DNA from: an uncultured Chloroflexia bacterium
GTDB lineage: Bacteria; Chloroflexota; Ktedonobacteria; Ktedonobacterales; JADMIN01
DNA length: 32,000 nucleotides
Assembly (NCBI GenBank): GCA_963718915.1
Contig: CAVRAI010000004.1
Location: forward strand, 960,001-992,000
Direction: 5' to 3'
The notes beneath the pieces are model-generated. The model was not told the DNA's origin and made no database searches. It saw only the letters and a program-made list of their open reading frames with translations. Shown in pieces: positions 7,808-16,712 of this stretch. Made by a program: the position numbers and the translations under genes. Each line of letters begins with the position of its first letter. Within the stretch, counting starts at the first letter, position 1.

Positions 7808-9607
7808 ATGGACGAATCTGTGCAAAGACCAGCCCCAAGACCGCATGCCACTGATTCTGTCGATCCTCCAATTCGTGTGACTTTTAGCGATCCTTTCTTT
7901 GAGGCGCGAGCAACACCCACAGCCGAACCAGAACAACAGCCGACAGCTCAACGGTGGTATTTGCTGGCATTGCGCGCGCATCGTCACCGTATCGCTGCGT
8001 CGTTCGACCGACTGCTTGCCCCTGCGGTTCTGTATGATCGTGTCCGTCCCCACAGTTACCAGCTACGGGTAGTTGAGCAAGTGTTGCGCGAGAAGGCGCC
8101 AGCGGCAATTCTGGCGGACGATGTTGGGCTTGGGAAAACGATTGAGGCGGGGCTTATCTACAAGGAACTAGCGTTGCGGGGACTGGTGCGCACGGCGCTG
8201 GTGCTGGCCCCAAAGTCGTTGCTGACCCAGTGGCAACAGGAGCTGCGCGAACACTTCGACGAGGATTTCGTGCTCACCGACGAAAAGCGCTTTCGTGGTT
8301 TTGAAGTCGAGCCACGAGTGATCTGTTCATTGCCGCAGTTCGTACGTTCGTTTGCGCGTATCAATAGTCACTTGTGGGATTGTGTGATTGCCGATGAGGC
8401 GCACTTGCTGGCGAATCCGGCCTCGCGTCGCAGGCAATGCGTCAGCGAGCTACGAAGTACCTGGCGACTGCTGCTCACCGCTACTCCGGTAGCCAACCGC
8501 ATTACCGATCTTTACAGTCTGATTGATCTTGCGGTTCCTGGCCGTCTCGGCACGCAGCGCGAGTTCGAAGCTGAATATGTCGCGGATCCCGGCACTTGTC
8601 GTGTAGTGCGACCTGACCGAGTCAAAGAACTGCGCAGCCTGGCCCGTGAGCATATGTGCCGTACCCGCCGGAGTGACACTGATATCGCTTTCGCCGGAAG
8701 AACGGTGGATACGCGCAGTATCCGGGCAACCCCCGCCGAGGACGCACTGATCTCAGATGTCACCGACTATTTGCGCGCGCTCTACCGCCGGGCGCCTACC
8801 AGCTCAAGCAAGATGAATCGTGGCGCGGTCATCCGTGAGATCATGGCGCTGCAACAGTCTTTGAGCAGCAGTCCTCAAGCTATTGAGCGGTCATTGCGCG
8901 CGCGCGCGGAAAAGCATCCTGACGAGCGCGGAGAGTTGCTCGCGCTGGCTGATCGCTGCGCTGTTATTGTCAGCGCAAAAGAGGCGACTCTACTCGATGT
9001 TCTCACCGAACTACGCGAAGAACCGGTGTTGGTTTTCACTTTACGCCTGGAAACGGCGGCGCGCCTGCGCGAGGTAATTCGCGCGCGGGGACGAAGCGCG
9101 GAAACGTACATTGGCGCACTAAGCCGTTCTGAGCGTGAGGCGCTTGTACAGCGCTTCAATAGTGGCAGGCTGCAAACGTTGATCGCTACCGATGCTGGCG
9201 CGGAAGGCCTGAATTTGCATGAGCGCTGTCATATTGTGGTGAACTACGACCTTCATTGGAATCCCATGCGCATTGAGCAAAGGATTGGGAGGGTGCATCG
9301 ATTAGGGCAGACACGCGATGTCCGGGTGCTCAACTTTGTCCTACACGAGACAATAGACGACTATGTGGTACGGCTCCTCTACCAGAAAATATCGCTCTTC
9401 ACGATGACAGTCGGCGCTCTGGAGACGGTACTCTCTGAAGTACAGGAAGGTGAGTTCGATCTCGAAGAGCGCATCCTCGAACTGTTGCTGCAAACCGATG
9501 ATCGGACCCGGCTACGTCGGGAGATGGCCGAATTGGGAGATGAACTGTTGGGCGCGCGCGAACGCCAGTCGGCCGCGGAGTCACTGACGGTGGAGGTGCT
9601 GCGATGA
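7808..9607 (+). CDS. SNF2-family (SF2) DNA-dependent ATPase/helicase, minimal architecture
   Basis: Motif I is ILADDVGLGKTIEAG, motif II VIADEAHLLAN, motif III LLLTATPVANR, and motifs V/VI TDAGAEGLNL and HWNPMRIEQRIGRVHRLGQ. Only ~70-95 aa lie N-terminal to the core and ~90 aa C-terminal. The ORF opens at GTG 7739; ATG 7808 (MDESVQ) is the first ATG. Confidence 0.9.
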   Translation: MDESVQRPAPRPHATDSVDPPIRVTFSDPFFEARATPTAEPEQQPTAQRWYLLALRAHRHRIAASFDRLLAPAVLYDRVRPHSYQLRVVEQVLREKAPAAILADDVGLGKTIEAGLIYKELALRGLVRTALVLAPKSLLTQWQQELREHFDEDFVLTDEKRFRGFEVEPRVICSLPQFVRSFARINSHLWDCVIADEAHLLANPASRRRQCVSELRSTWRLLLTATPVANRITDLYSLIDLAVPGRLGTQREFEAEYVADPGTCRVVRPDRVKELRSLAREHMCRTRRSDTDIAFAGRTVDTRSIRATPAEDALISDVTDYLRALYRRAPTSSSKMNRGAVIREIMALQQSLSSSPQAIERSLRARAEKHPDERGELLALADRCAVIVSAKEATLLDVLTELREEPVLVFTLRLETAARLREVIRARGRSAETYIGALSRSEREALVQRFNSGRLQTLIATDAGAEGLNLHERCHIVVNYDLHWNPMRIEQRIGRVHRLGQTRDVRVLNFVLHETIDDYVVRLLYQKISLFTMTVGALETVLSEVQEGEFDLEERILELLLQTDDRTRLRREMAELGDELLGARERQSAAESLTVEVLR

Positions 9608-11817
9608 GATGGTTCTGGCAGCGTCGACGTCAGCGGCAAGCAGAAGTTGCGGCGCCATCATCCGCGGCGACCCATTCGAAAGCTGTTCAGCGTGCGCCCA
9701 CGACCAGCGGACGCCTTGGCCAGCCGCGGCTACTCACTGGCGATCTGCTGGCGCTTGCGCGCGACTACCTTCAGTCGGTCGGTGGGCGGGTGCGCGTCGA
9801 GGATGAAGATGTGCTTTCCGCAACGCTGCCTGATGGCAGTCTGGTGCGCTACACCACGACGCTGGCGAAGGCGCGCGCCGACGAGAGTATGACGCTGTTG
9901 GTTGAAGGCAGCGAAGCTCTTGCCGTGATGCTCGATGATATTGCTACCCGCTCCCGACTCACCGCGTTGCGTTTGACATCTGTGGCTAATCCGGTCGCGC
10001 TTGCCGTTGAGCAGGGGCGACTGGCGTTGCATTGGCGGACTGCTGGACCGCTCTCTGCGCGTGTGGTGCAACACGACGAGTCGGTTGCCGTCGAGCTTGC
10101 TTATCTCGTTGTTGCGCGAGACCGATATGGACGCCAGGATGTGTGGGTGCGGCAGGCAGTGGAAACCGCGTTTGGAAGAACCGTACCGATGCTTTCGGAT
10201 ACCGCGCTGGCGCCTGCCCAGCCAGATGTTGTTCCCGCGGATCACGAGCAACAATTAATTCTGGCGCGTGCCTCAGCCGAGCGTTTGATAGAGGAGACCC
10301 TCGCGGCGACAGGCGTTTTCCTGAGGCAGCGATCGCTCGACGAATATCGTCGACGGCTGGAAGAAGTGGCCACCACGTTTGACCGACTTCAACACGAATC
10401 ACCAGAGACCGCGCGAGCCGCCAAGATTGGAAGGAAACGCGAGATCTCCGCGCTCTCAGAGGTCTACGCGGTGGATGTTGAGGCCCGACTGGAAAGCGCC
10501 TGTTTCATAAGATCGAGTCTCGCTCAAGTCGCGTTACGTCCATCCAATGGAAACACCGAACTGCTGGTTCATGTGGATCTGGGACGGCAGTGTGTAATTC
10601 TGCCAGACTGTTCCGTCTGCGGGATGAGCATGCAAGCAGGCTACGTCTGTGATTCGGGGCATGCGCTCTGCGCTCAGTGCGCGCTGGCATGCGAACAGTG
10701 TGGCGCCTGGCGATGTGGCGCCTGTGGTGAGCCAGAGCAGGTCACCTGTGCGAAGTGCGGGCAAACAATTGACCAGCCCGCCGTTTCTCGTAAGGATGCA
10801 ACGGTTCTGGTCGCTGGCGAGGCGCTGAGCGTGCACCATCTCGAGTTGCTTCCGCCGGAGATGTGGTGTACAGCAATGGATTGGCTCCTCTTGAACCAGG
10901 GGATTACCGTAGAATCTCGGCGAAGTGTCGGATCGCTTGCCATCTGGCAAGGGGAATCATCTACAGGCAAGGTGGTCGCGGCCTCTATTCGCCCAATAGA
11001 GCAGCAGTCGCTCGATGAAGCTGCTTTGCGTCAGGCAGCCGCGCATCTGGCGCCGGAGCAACGCTCTGTGACCCGGATGGTGTTTTCGACGGCCCCCGCG
11101 ACCCGTGAGGCCATTCAGGCAGCAGAGCAACTCGGTATTCAAGTAGTTGATCGATCCACGCTCGAAAGCCTGTTGGCCAACCTGGCAGCGGCGCATGATC
11201 GCGAGCGCGAGCGCCAACTGGAAGACATGCAGGCGCGCGCCGATGCCGCGAATGCTACCCGGCAGGCCATGCTTAATGTGGTTGACGCCGTGGATCATGG
11301 GCTTGCTTCGCTACGGCGTTCCCGTCGAGCAGGCAGCCGTGTGGCAATCGCCGGGACAGCCGCCAGTCGCGCTCTCGCCGAGGCGCGCACTGCTTTCGAG
11401 CGAGCGTCGCTAGCGTGGGAAACGCTTCTATTTGACTGGGTGGGGTCATTTGGCGAGCGTCCGGCACGGAACGGTAACCTTGTGGTGCAGGGCGATGTGA
11501 GCCGCTTCGAGGAGATGGGCGAGCGTGCCTTTCATCTACAGACCACGCTGCTCGACGCCACAGCGCTGCTGGTGGCAACCGCCGCGCACGGTGAGGCTGG
11601 CTACCTGGCCTGGCGTCAGGCTGTGGTAGAAGAATGTATCGCGCGGTGCGAGTCGTGGCGCTGGCGCATTCGCACCTTTGATCCAACGGTCTGGGGCGAT
11701 TTCGACCGCGCCTGGAACGCGAACGCGGCAGCAAAAGCTGCCGAGGCCAGGACTGCCGCTGGACATGCCACAGCCCGCGCGGATAAAGCCCAGGCGCAGG
11801 CGCTCCGCGCGGGGTAG
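9604..11817 (+). CDS. 737-aa hypothetical multidomain protein: Arg-rich N-terminus, unassigned alpha/beta region, CxxC zinc-ribbon cluster, degenerate Mrr-like nuclease-fold segment, Ala/Arg-rich helical tail
   Basis: Its ATG at 9604 overlaps the helicase TGA (ATGA at 9604-9607). Residues 336-385 read CSVC-x11-CDSGH-x2-CAQC-x3-CEQC-x4-CGAC-x8-CAKC. Residues ~418-525 resemble the Mrr/restriction-endonuclease layout. Coding confidence is high; function is unknown. Confidence 0.8.
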   Translation: MRWFWQRRRQRQAEVAAPSSAATHSKAVQRAPTTSGRLGQPRLLTGDLLALARDYLQSVGGRVRVEDEDVLSATLPDGSLVRYTTTLAKARADESMTLLVEGSEALAVMLDDIATRSRLTALRLTSVANPVALAVEQGRLALHWRTAGPLSARVVQHDESVAVELAYLVVARDRYGRQDVWVRQAVETAFGRTVPMLSDTALAPAQPDVVPADHEQQLILARASAERLIEETLAATGVFLRQRSLDEYRRRLEEVATTFDRLQHESPETARAAKIGRKREISALSEVYAVDVEARLESACFIRSSLAQVALRPSNGNTELLVHVDLGRQCVILPDCSVCGMSMQAGYVCDSGHALCAQCALACEQCGAWRCGACGEPEQVTCAKCGQTIDQPAVSRKDATVLVAGEALSVHHLELLPPEMWCTAMDWLLLNQGITVESRRSVGSLAIWQGESSTGKVVAASIRPIEQQSLDEAALRQAAAHLAPEQRSVTRMVFSTAPATREAIQAAEQLGIQVVDRSTLESLLANLAAAHDRERERQLEDMQARADAANATRQAMLNVVDAVDHGLASLRRSRRAGSRVAIAGTAASRALAEARTAFERASLAWETLLFDWVGSFGERPARNGNLVVQGDVSRFEEMGERAFHLQTTLLDATALLVATAAHGEAGYLAWRQAVVEECIARCESWRWRIRTFDPTVWGDFDRAWNANAAAKAAEARTAAGHATARADKAQAQALRAG

Positions 11818-11959
11818 ATGTATTCTGTATGATGATGGCTATTTATCCATTGTCGGCGGACCTGATATGTGTGATAAGTTGAAAGCATCCACTGTGGCTT
11901 CACCGACAAGCTGATCCACCGGCAATGATTGCCCGCCTCAAAGAGGAGGATGAGTGACG

Positions 11960-12808
11960 ATGCGTGTAGGAGTTGGGCTGCCCACGACGTTTCCTGGTGT
12001 GAGCGGTCGACTCATCATCGACTGGGCTCAGAGCGCTGAGGCGCAAGGGCTGGGCAGCCTTGGCGTGCTGGATCGAGTTGTGCATGATGGCTTCGAACCG
12101 CTGGCCGCGCTCGCGGCTGCAGCGGCCGTTACGTCCATTATCCCGCTCGTCACAATGATTGTCATCAGTCCTCTGCGCAACACAGCATTGTTGGCGCGAC
12201 AGTCCTTGTCTGTGCATGCGCTCTCTGGAGGCCGCCTTTCGCTTGGCGTGGCCGTTGGCGCGCGTAAAGACGATTACAATGCCGCCGGGATAGACTACAG
12301 CAGTCGCGGGCGGCGCCTTGCCGAGCAGTTGGCATCGATCCGTGGCCTTTGGGAACAGCGGCCAATGGCGATGCCACTTGAGATGCCCTCCACGCCCGAG
12401 TTGCTTGTGGGTGGTGGCAGCGATATCACGTTTGCTCGTGTGGCCCGTTACGCCGATGGCTACGTACATGGTGGCGGACCACCACGCGCCTTTGCACGTG
12501 CCGCCGATAAAGCGCGCGCTGCCTGGGCCGATGCTGGTCGTCCGGGCAAGCCAGGACTGTGGGGACAAGGTTACTTTGCGCTTGGGGATGATGCGACTGT
12601 CGCCGCCGGAATTGCCTACATGCGCGAGTACTATGCTTTCACGGGGCCGTATGTCGAGCGTATCGTCGCAGAATTGCTGACAACGCCTCAATCGATAGCA
12701 CAATTTGTGCGAGGTTACGCAGAGGCTGGCTGTGATGATCTGGTGCTTTTTCCGGCGGTGGCGCATCCTGACCAACTGGGTCGTCTCGCCGCAGTCCTCG
12801 CTGGCTGA
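11960..12808 (+). CDS. luciferase-like monooxygenase (LLM) class, probably F420-dependent oxidoreductase
   Basis: MRVGVGLPT...GLGSLGVLDRVVH...GGRLSLGVAVGARKDDY...LVGGGS is the TIM-barrel LLM pattern. ATG 11960 lies 9 nt after AGGAGGA (11944-11950); the ORF opens at GTG 11954. Confidence 0.8.
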   Translation: MRVGVGLPTTFPGVSGRLIIDWAQSAEAQGLGSLGVLDRVVHDGFEPLAALAAAAAVTSIIPLVTMIVISPLRNTALLARQSLSVHALSGGRLSLGVAVGARKDDYNAAGIDYSSRGRRLAEQLASIRGLWEQRPMAMPLEMPSTPELLVGGGSDITFARVARYADGYVHGGGPPRAFARAADKARAAWADAGRPGKPGLWGQGYFALGDDATVAAGIAYMREYYAFTGPYVERIVAELLTTPQSIAQFVRGYAEAGCDDLVLFPAVAHPDQLGRLAAVLAG

Positions 12809-12846
12809 CCGATACAACTGGCTGAGCCTGTCATCTACGAAAAGAG

Positions 12847-15102
12847 TTGCGCGTGAAGGTCGTCATTCTTGGCGCTGGGCCAGCAGGCATGTATTGTGGA
12901 TTGCTGCTGAAGAAAGCACGACCCGACGCTGAGATCACCATTCTCGAGCGCAATCCAGCGGGTGCAACCTACGGTTGGGGAGTCGTCTTCTCTGACCGAA
13001 CGCTGGCCTCGTTTCGAGAGGCGGACTATCCTACCTATGCACGGATCACCGAGCAGTTTGTTCTGTGGGATGCGATAGATACGCGCTTCCACGGCGAGCT
13101 GATGCGGTGCGGAGGTCATGTCTTCGCGGGGCTGGCGCGCAAGGCGTTACTCGATATCCTGCGCGAGCGCTGTTTCGAGTTAGGCATTGCGATGCGTTTC
13201 GAGACAGACATCACCGACCTGACTGTAGTACCAGATTGCGATCTCTTCATCGCCGCAGATGGCGTCAATAGTCTTGTTCGCCAGCAGCAGGCAGCAACCT
13301 TCAGGCCAAATCTGCATTACGGCGCATCGAAGTATATCTGGCTCGGTACCAATCGAGTACTCGATGCGTTCACCTTTCTTTTTCAAGAGAACGAGCATGG
13401 TCTGTTTCAGGTGCATGCCTATCCTTTCAACGGGACGACCAGCACCTTCATCGTTGAGACTGACGAGGCGACCTGGCTGCGCGCGGGACTGGACAACGCG
13501 ACTGAGGACGAGAGTATCGCCTATTGTGAGCGGCTTTTCGCCGACGATCTACACGGCCATCGTCTGCTTGGCAACAACTCGAAGTGGATCAGTTTCGTGA
13601 CTGTCAAAAACGCCGTCTGGCGCTCTGGCAATACGGTTTTGCTTGGCGATGCCGCGCATACCGCCCATTTCTCGATAGGTTCTGGCACGAAGCTGGCGAT
13701 GGAAGACGCGATTGCCCTCGTCAACGCACTGAGTACCCATGGCGATCTTACCGAAGCGCTGACGATCTACGAACTGGAACGCCGCCCTGTTGTCGAAACG
13801 CTCCAGCAGGCCGCGCAGGAGAGCCGCGCCTATTTCGAAGGGATTGCACGCTATCGGAATCTGCCGCCGCGCCAGTTCGCCTTCAACCTGCTCACCCGTA
13901 GCGGGCGTATCAGCTACGATGATCTGCGACTACGTGACGGCCGGTTCGTGGAAGCGCTCGACCGCGATTTCACGGCTAACTTTCAGCCGTCAGACATGCT
14001 CATCGTCTCCCCCACTCCCTGGCTTACGCCGCTTGCGCTCTGTGATAGTATGGTACCCAATAGAGTAGCTATGGCGGTAACGGACACTGCGTCCGCCAGT
14101 AATGGACTTCCAGACAACTCGCTAGTGGGTCGACTCGGAGCGCGCGCGCAGGCAGGCGCTGGGTTGGTGATGACGCCGCCGGTTGCCGTCGCGCCGAATG
14201 CGCGGATTACGGCACAAGATGTGGGAATCTATAGCGATGAGCAACGGCAGGCATGGTTGTCACTGGTGACATACATGCGCCACCTGGATGCACACACATT
14301 GGTGGGCATCGTCTTGAATCATGCGGGTCGCCGCGGAAGCATGCAGTCGCGTCGGCGCGGGCTAGATGTGCCGCTACGTGATGGCGGCTGGCCTTTGGTC
14401 GCTCCCTCAGCGATACCATATACCCCAGCAGGAACGACACCGGATGCGTTGGATCGCGCGGGAATGGCGCGCATTCGCGACGAATTTGTACGGGCGACGC
14501 ATATGGCCGTTGAGGCGGGGTTCGATCTCCTGCAACTGCACGCCGCCCACGGCTATCTGCTCGCCAGTTTCCTCTCGCCGCTGACCAACATTCGCGACGA
14601 CGACTTTGGCGGCAGTCTCGCCAATCGGATGCGTTTCCCACTGGAGATATTCGATGCTGTGCGTGCGGCATGGCCAGCGCCCCGCCCGCTCGCTGTTGCG
14701 CTCAACGTCACCGATGGTGTGGCGGGCGGCCTCACCGTCGATGATGGCGTGACGATCGCGCGTGAGTTGAAGAATCATAGCTGTGATCTCATCGTGATCA
14801 TGGCCGGGCAGACCACACCCGCATCCCTCGCGCCATACCGCCGCGGATTCCTGACGCCGCTTTCGGATCGTGTGCGCAATGAGGCCGACATTCCTACGAT
14901 GGTCGGCGGTTATCTGCTTACCTCGAACGAAGCCAACACATTGCTTGCCGCAGGACGCGCTGACCTGTGTACACTAGAATATCCCTGGCCAGACGACGGC
15001 ATAATACCGGAAACATCACCTTCAACCGATGTGACTCACATTCGTTCTGAATCGCGTTCGACAAGGCGACGCGCGAAACAGGAGGCTCGACATGGCAGAT
15101 GA
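12847..15102 (+). CDS. bifunctional FAD-dependent aryl-CoA monooxygenase / Old-Yellow-Enzyme-like reductase (2-aminobenzoyl-CoA monooxygenase/reductase or salicylyl-CoA 5-hydroxylase family)
   Basis: The N-terminal half has VVILGAGPAGMYCG (GxGxxG), GWGVVFSDRTL, AADGVNSLVR and LLGDAAHTAHFSIGSGTKLAMEDA. The C-terminal half has OYE motifs HAAHGYLLASFLSPLTN(I)RDDDFGGSLANRMRFPLE. It is a single uninterrupted 751-aa frame. Confidence 0.88.
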   Translation: MRVKVVILGAGPAGMYCGLLLKKARPDAEITILERNPAGATYGWGVVFSDRTLASFREADYPTYARITEQFVLWDAIDTRFHGELMRCGGHVFAGLARKALLDILRERCFELGIAMRFETDITDLTVVPDCDLFIAADGVNSLVRQQQAATFRPNLHYGASKYIWLGTNRVLDAFTFLFQENEHGLFQVHAYPFNGTTSTFIVETDEATWLRAGLDNATEDESIAYCERLFADDLHGHRLLGNNSKWISFVTVKNAVWRSGNTVLLGDAAHTAHFSIGSGTKLAMEDAIALVNALSTHGDLTEALTIYELERRPVVETLQQAAQESRAYFEGIARYRNLPPRQFAFNLLTRSGRISYDDLRLRDGRFVEALDRDFTANFQPSDMLIVSPTPWLTPLALCDSMVPNRVAMAVTDTASASNGLPDNSLVGRLGARAQAGAGLVMTPPVAVAPNARITAQDVGIYSDEQRQAWLSLVTYMRHLDAHTLVGIVLNHAGRRGSMQSRRRGLDVPLRDGGWPLVAPSAIPYTPAGTTPDALDRAGMARIRDEFVRATHMAVEAGFDLLQLHAAHGYLLASFLSPLTNIRDDDFGGSLANRMRFPLEIFDAVRAAWPAPRPLAVALNVTDGVAGGLTVDDGVTIARELKNHSCDLIVIMAGQTTPASLAPYRRGFLTPLSDRVRNEADIPTMVGGYLLTSNEANTLLAAGRADLCTLEYPWPDDGIIPETSPSTDVTHIRSESRSTRRRAKQEARHGR

Positions 15103-15877
15103 CACCATTACGGGCAAACGGGCGCTCGTCACAGGCGCGAGCCGTGGCATCGGGCGCGCAATCGCTCTGGCGCTGGCGCAGGCTGGCGTCGATGTTGCGC
15201 TGGCGGCGCGCGGCGCCGACGAACTGGAGCAGGTAGCGGCGGAGATAACTGAGTGTGGCCGCAACGCCGCCGTGATTTCGTGCGATGTGAGCGATGTCGC
15301 GCAGGTTCAGCGAATGGTGGAGACGGCGCAGACACAACTTGGTGGCATTGATATCCTGGTGAATAATGCCGGAAGCGCTCTGAGCGCCAAGTTCCTTGGG
15401 CATCCCGATGAGATATGGCATCGTCTGCTGGCGCTGAATCTCACAGGCGTCTACTATGTCACCAAGGCAGTCGCGCCGGAGATGGTAGAGCAGAAGTGGG
15501 GACGAATTATCACCGTCGCCTCTGTTGCCGGGAAAGTCGGCAGCCGGTATACCGCCGCATATAGCGCCTCCAAGCATGGCGTGCTCGGACTGATGAAATC
15601 GGTTGCGATCGAGCTGGCTACCACTGGTGTCACCGTCAACTCGGTCTGCCCTGGATATGTCGATACACCGATGACGGATGCGGCAGTCGCCAATATGATT
15701 GCGCGTACTGGTATGAGCGAAGATGATGCCCGCGCATACCTCGCGAGCACGAACCCACAACGTCGGCTTGTCACCCCGGATGAAGTTGCGCGCGTCGTGC
15801 TCTTTCTTGCGCAGACGACCAGCGGTGGCATTACCGGCCAGGCGATCAATATCGATGGTGGCGCGGTGATGTGGTAG
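15092..15877 (+). CDS. short-chain dehydrogenase/reductase (3-hydroxyacyl-CoA dehydrogenase-like)
   Basis: VTGASRGIGRAIA (TGxxxGIG), NNAG, and a catalytic YSASK preceded by S. It overlaps the upstream gene by 11 nt. Confidence 0.9.
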   Translation: MADDTITGKRALVTGASRGIGRAIALALAQAGVDVALAARGADELEQVAAEITECGRNAAVISCDVSDVAQVQRMVETAQTQLGGIDILVNNAGSALSAKFLGHPDEIWHRLLALNLTGVYYVTKAVAPEMVEQKWGRIITVASVAGKVGSRYTAAYSASKHGVLGLMKSVAIELATTGVTVNSVCPGYVDTPMTDAAVANMIARTGMSEDDARAYLASTNPQRRLVTPDEVARVVLFLAQTTSGGITGQAINIDGGAVMW

Positions 15878-15914
15878 CCAGGGCCAGTCTGACTCAACGG
15901 AGAGGCTGCTGACG

Positions 15915-16706
15915 ATGGGGTACGACTTTCGGTACGCGGTCAAAGACGGCGTGGCCACGATCACGCTCGATAGACCTGAGAAGCTGAATGCGCTGACATT
16001 CGAGATATACGCCCAACTCCGTGATCTTTTCGATGCGTTACGCTATGAGGACGCGGTAAAGGTCGTCGTGCTGACCGGCTCAGGTGACGCCTTTTCGTCG
16101 GGTGGCGATGTACAGGAGATTATCGGCGAGTTGCTCAAGCGCGATCTGAAGGGCCATCTCGACTTCACCCGCATGACTGGCGCGGTTGTGCAGCATATGC
16201 GCCTGCTCGATAAGCCGATTCTCGCCGCGCTCAATGGCATGACTGCGGGCGCGGGTACGGTGCTGGCGCTGGCGTCCGATCTGCGAATAGCGTCGGAAAA
16301 GGCGCGCATTGCTTTCCTCTTCACCAGGGTTGGACTGACCGGCGCTGACATGGGCGCGGGCTATCTGCTTCCGCGTATTGTCGGGCTTGGGCGCGCCATG
16401 GAGTTACTGATGCTAGGCGATACGATTGATGCGGCGACCGCTGAGCGCTATGGGCTGGTCAATCGGGTTACGCCGCATGATGAGGTGATGTCTGTAACGA
16501 TGGAGTTGGCGCGTCGTCTGGCCGATGGGCCGTCGCAGGCGCTGGCGATGACCAAGCGTATGCTCAACAACGAACTAAGTATGGACCTGGTCTCGGCCAT
16601 CGAGGCGGAGGCGCAGGCGCAGGCATTGTTGTTGCTGGGCGAGGATCACCGCGCCTTCTACGAAGCTTTCACGGCGAAGCAAAAAACGACGTTTACAGGA
16701 CGGTGA
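15915..16706 (+). CDS. enoyl-CoA hydratase/isomerase (crotonase) family protein
   Basis: ITLDRPEKLNAL, VVLTGSGDAFSSGGD, LNGMTAGAGTVLALASDLRIA and TRVGLTGADMG, a typical crotonase-fold oxyanion-hole pattern. Confidence 0.9.
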   Translation: MGYDFRYAVKDGVATITLDRPEKLNALTFEIYAQLRDLFDALRYEDAVKVVVLTGSGDAFSSGGDVQEIIGELLKRDLKGHLDFTRMTGAVVQHMRLLDKPILAALNGMTAGAGTVLALASDLRIASEKARIAFLFTRVGLTGADMGAGYLLPRIVGLGRAMELLMLGDTIDAATAERYGLVNRVTPHDEVMSVTMELARRLADGPSQALAMTKRMLNNELSMDLVSAIEAEAQAQALLLLGEDHRAFYEAFTAKQKTTFTGR

Positions 16707-16712
16707 CGCTAG

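Noticed and set aside
7428-7871. 147-aa minus-strand ORF inside the long intergenic region
   Set aside because: It has no SD and lies in a lower-GC region lacking codon-position GC bias. It overlaps the SNF2 gene start, and its product is compositionally implausible.
11900-12817. 305-aa minus-strand ORF
   Set aside because: It is antisense to the LLM oxidoreductase, which has a clear family pattern and an SD. The antisense product is Arg/Cys/His-rich nonsense.
14918-15964. 348-aa minus-strand ORF
   Set aside because: It is antisense to the SDR gene (TGxxxGIG, YxxxK) and to the end of the fusion oxygenase. It has no motifs and an implausible composition.
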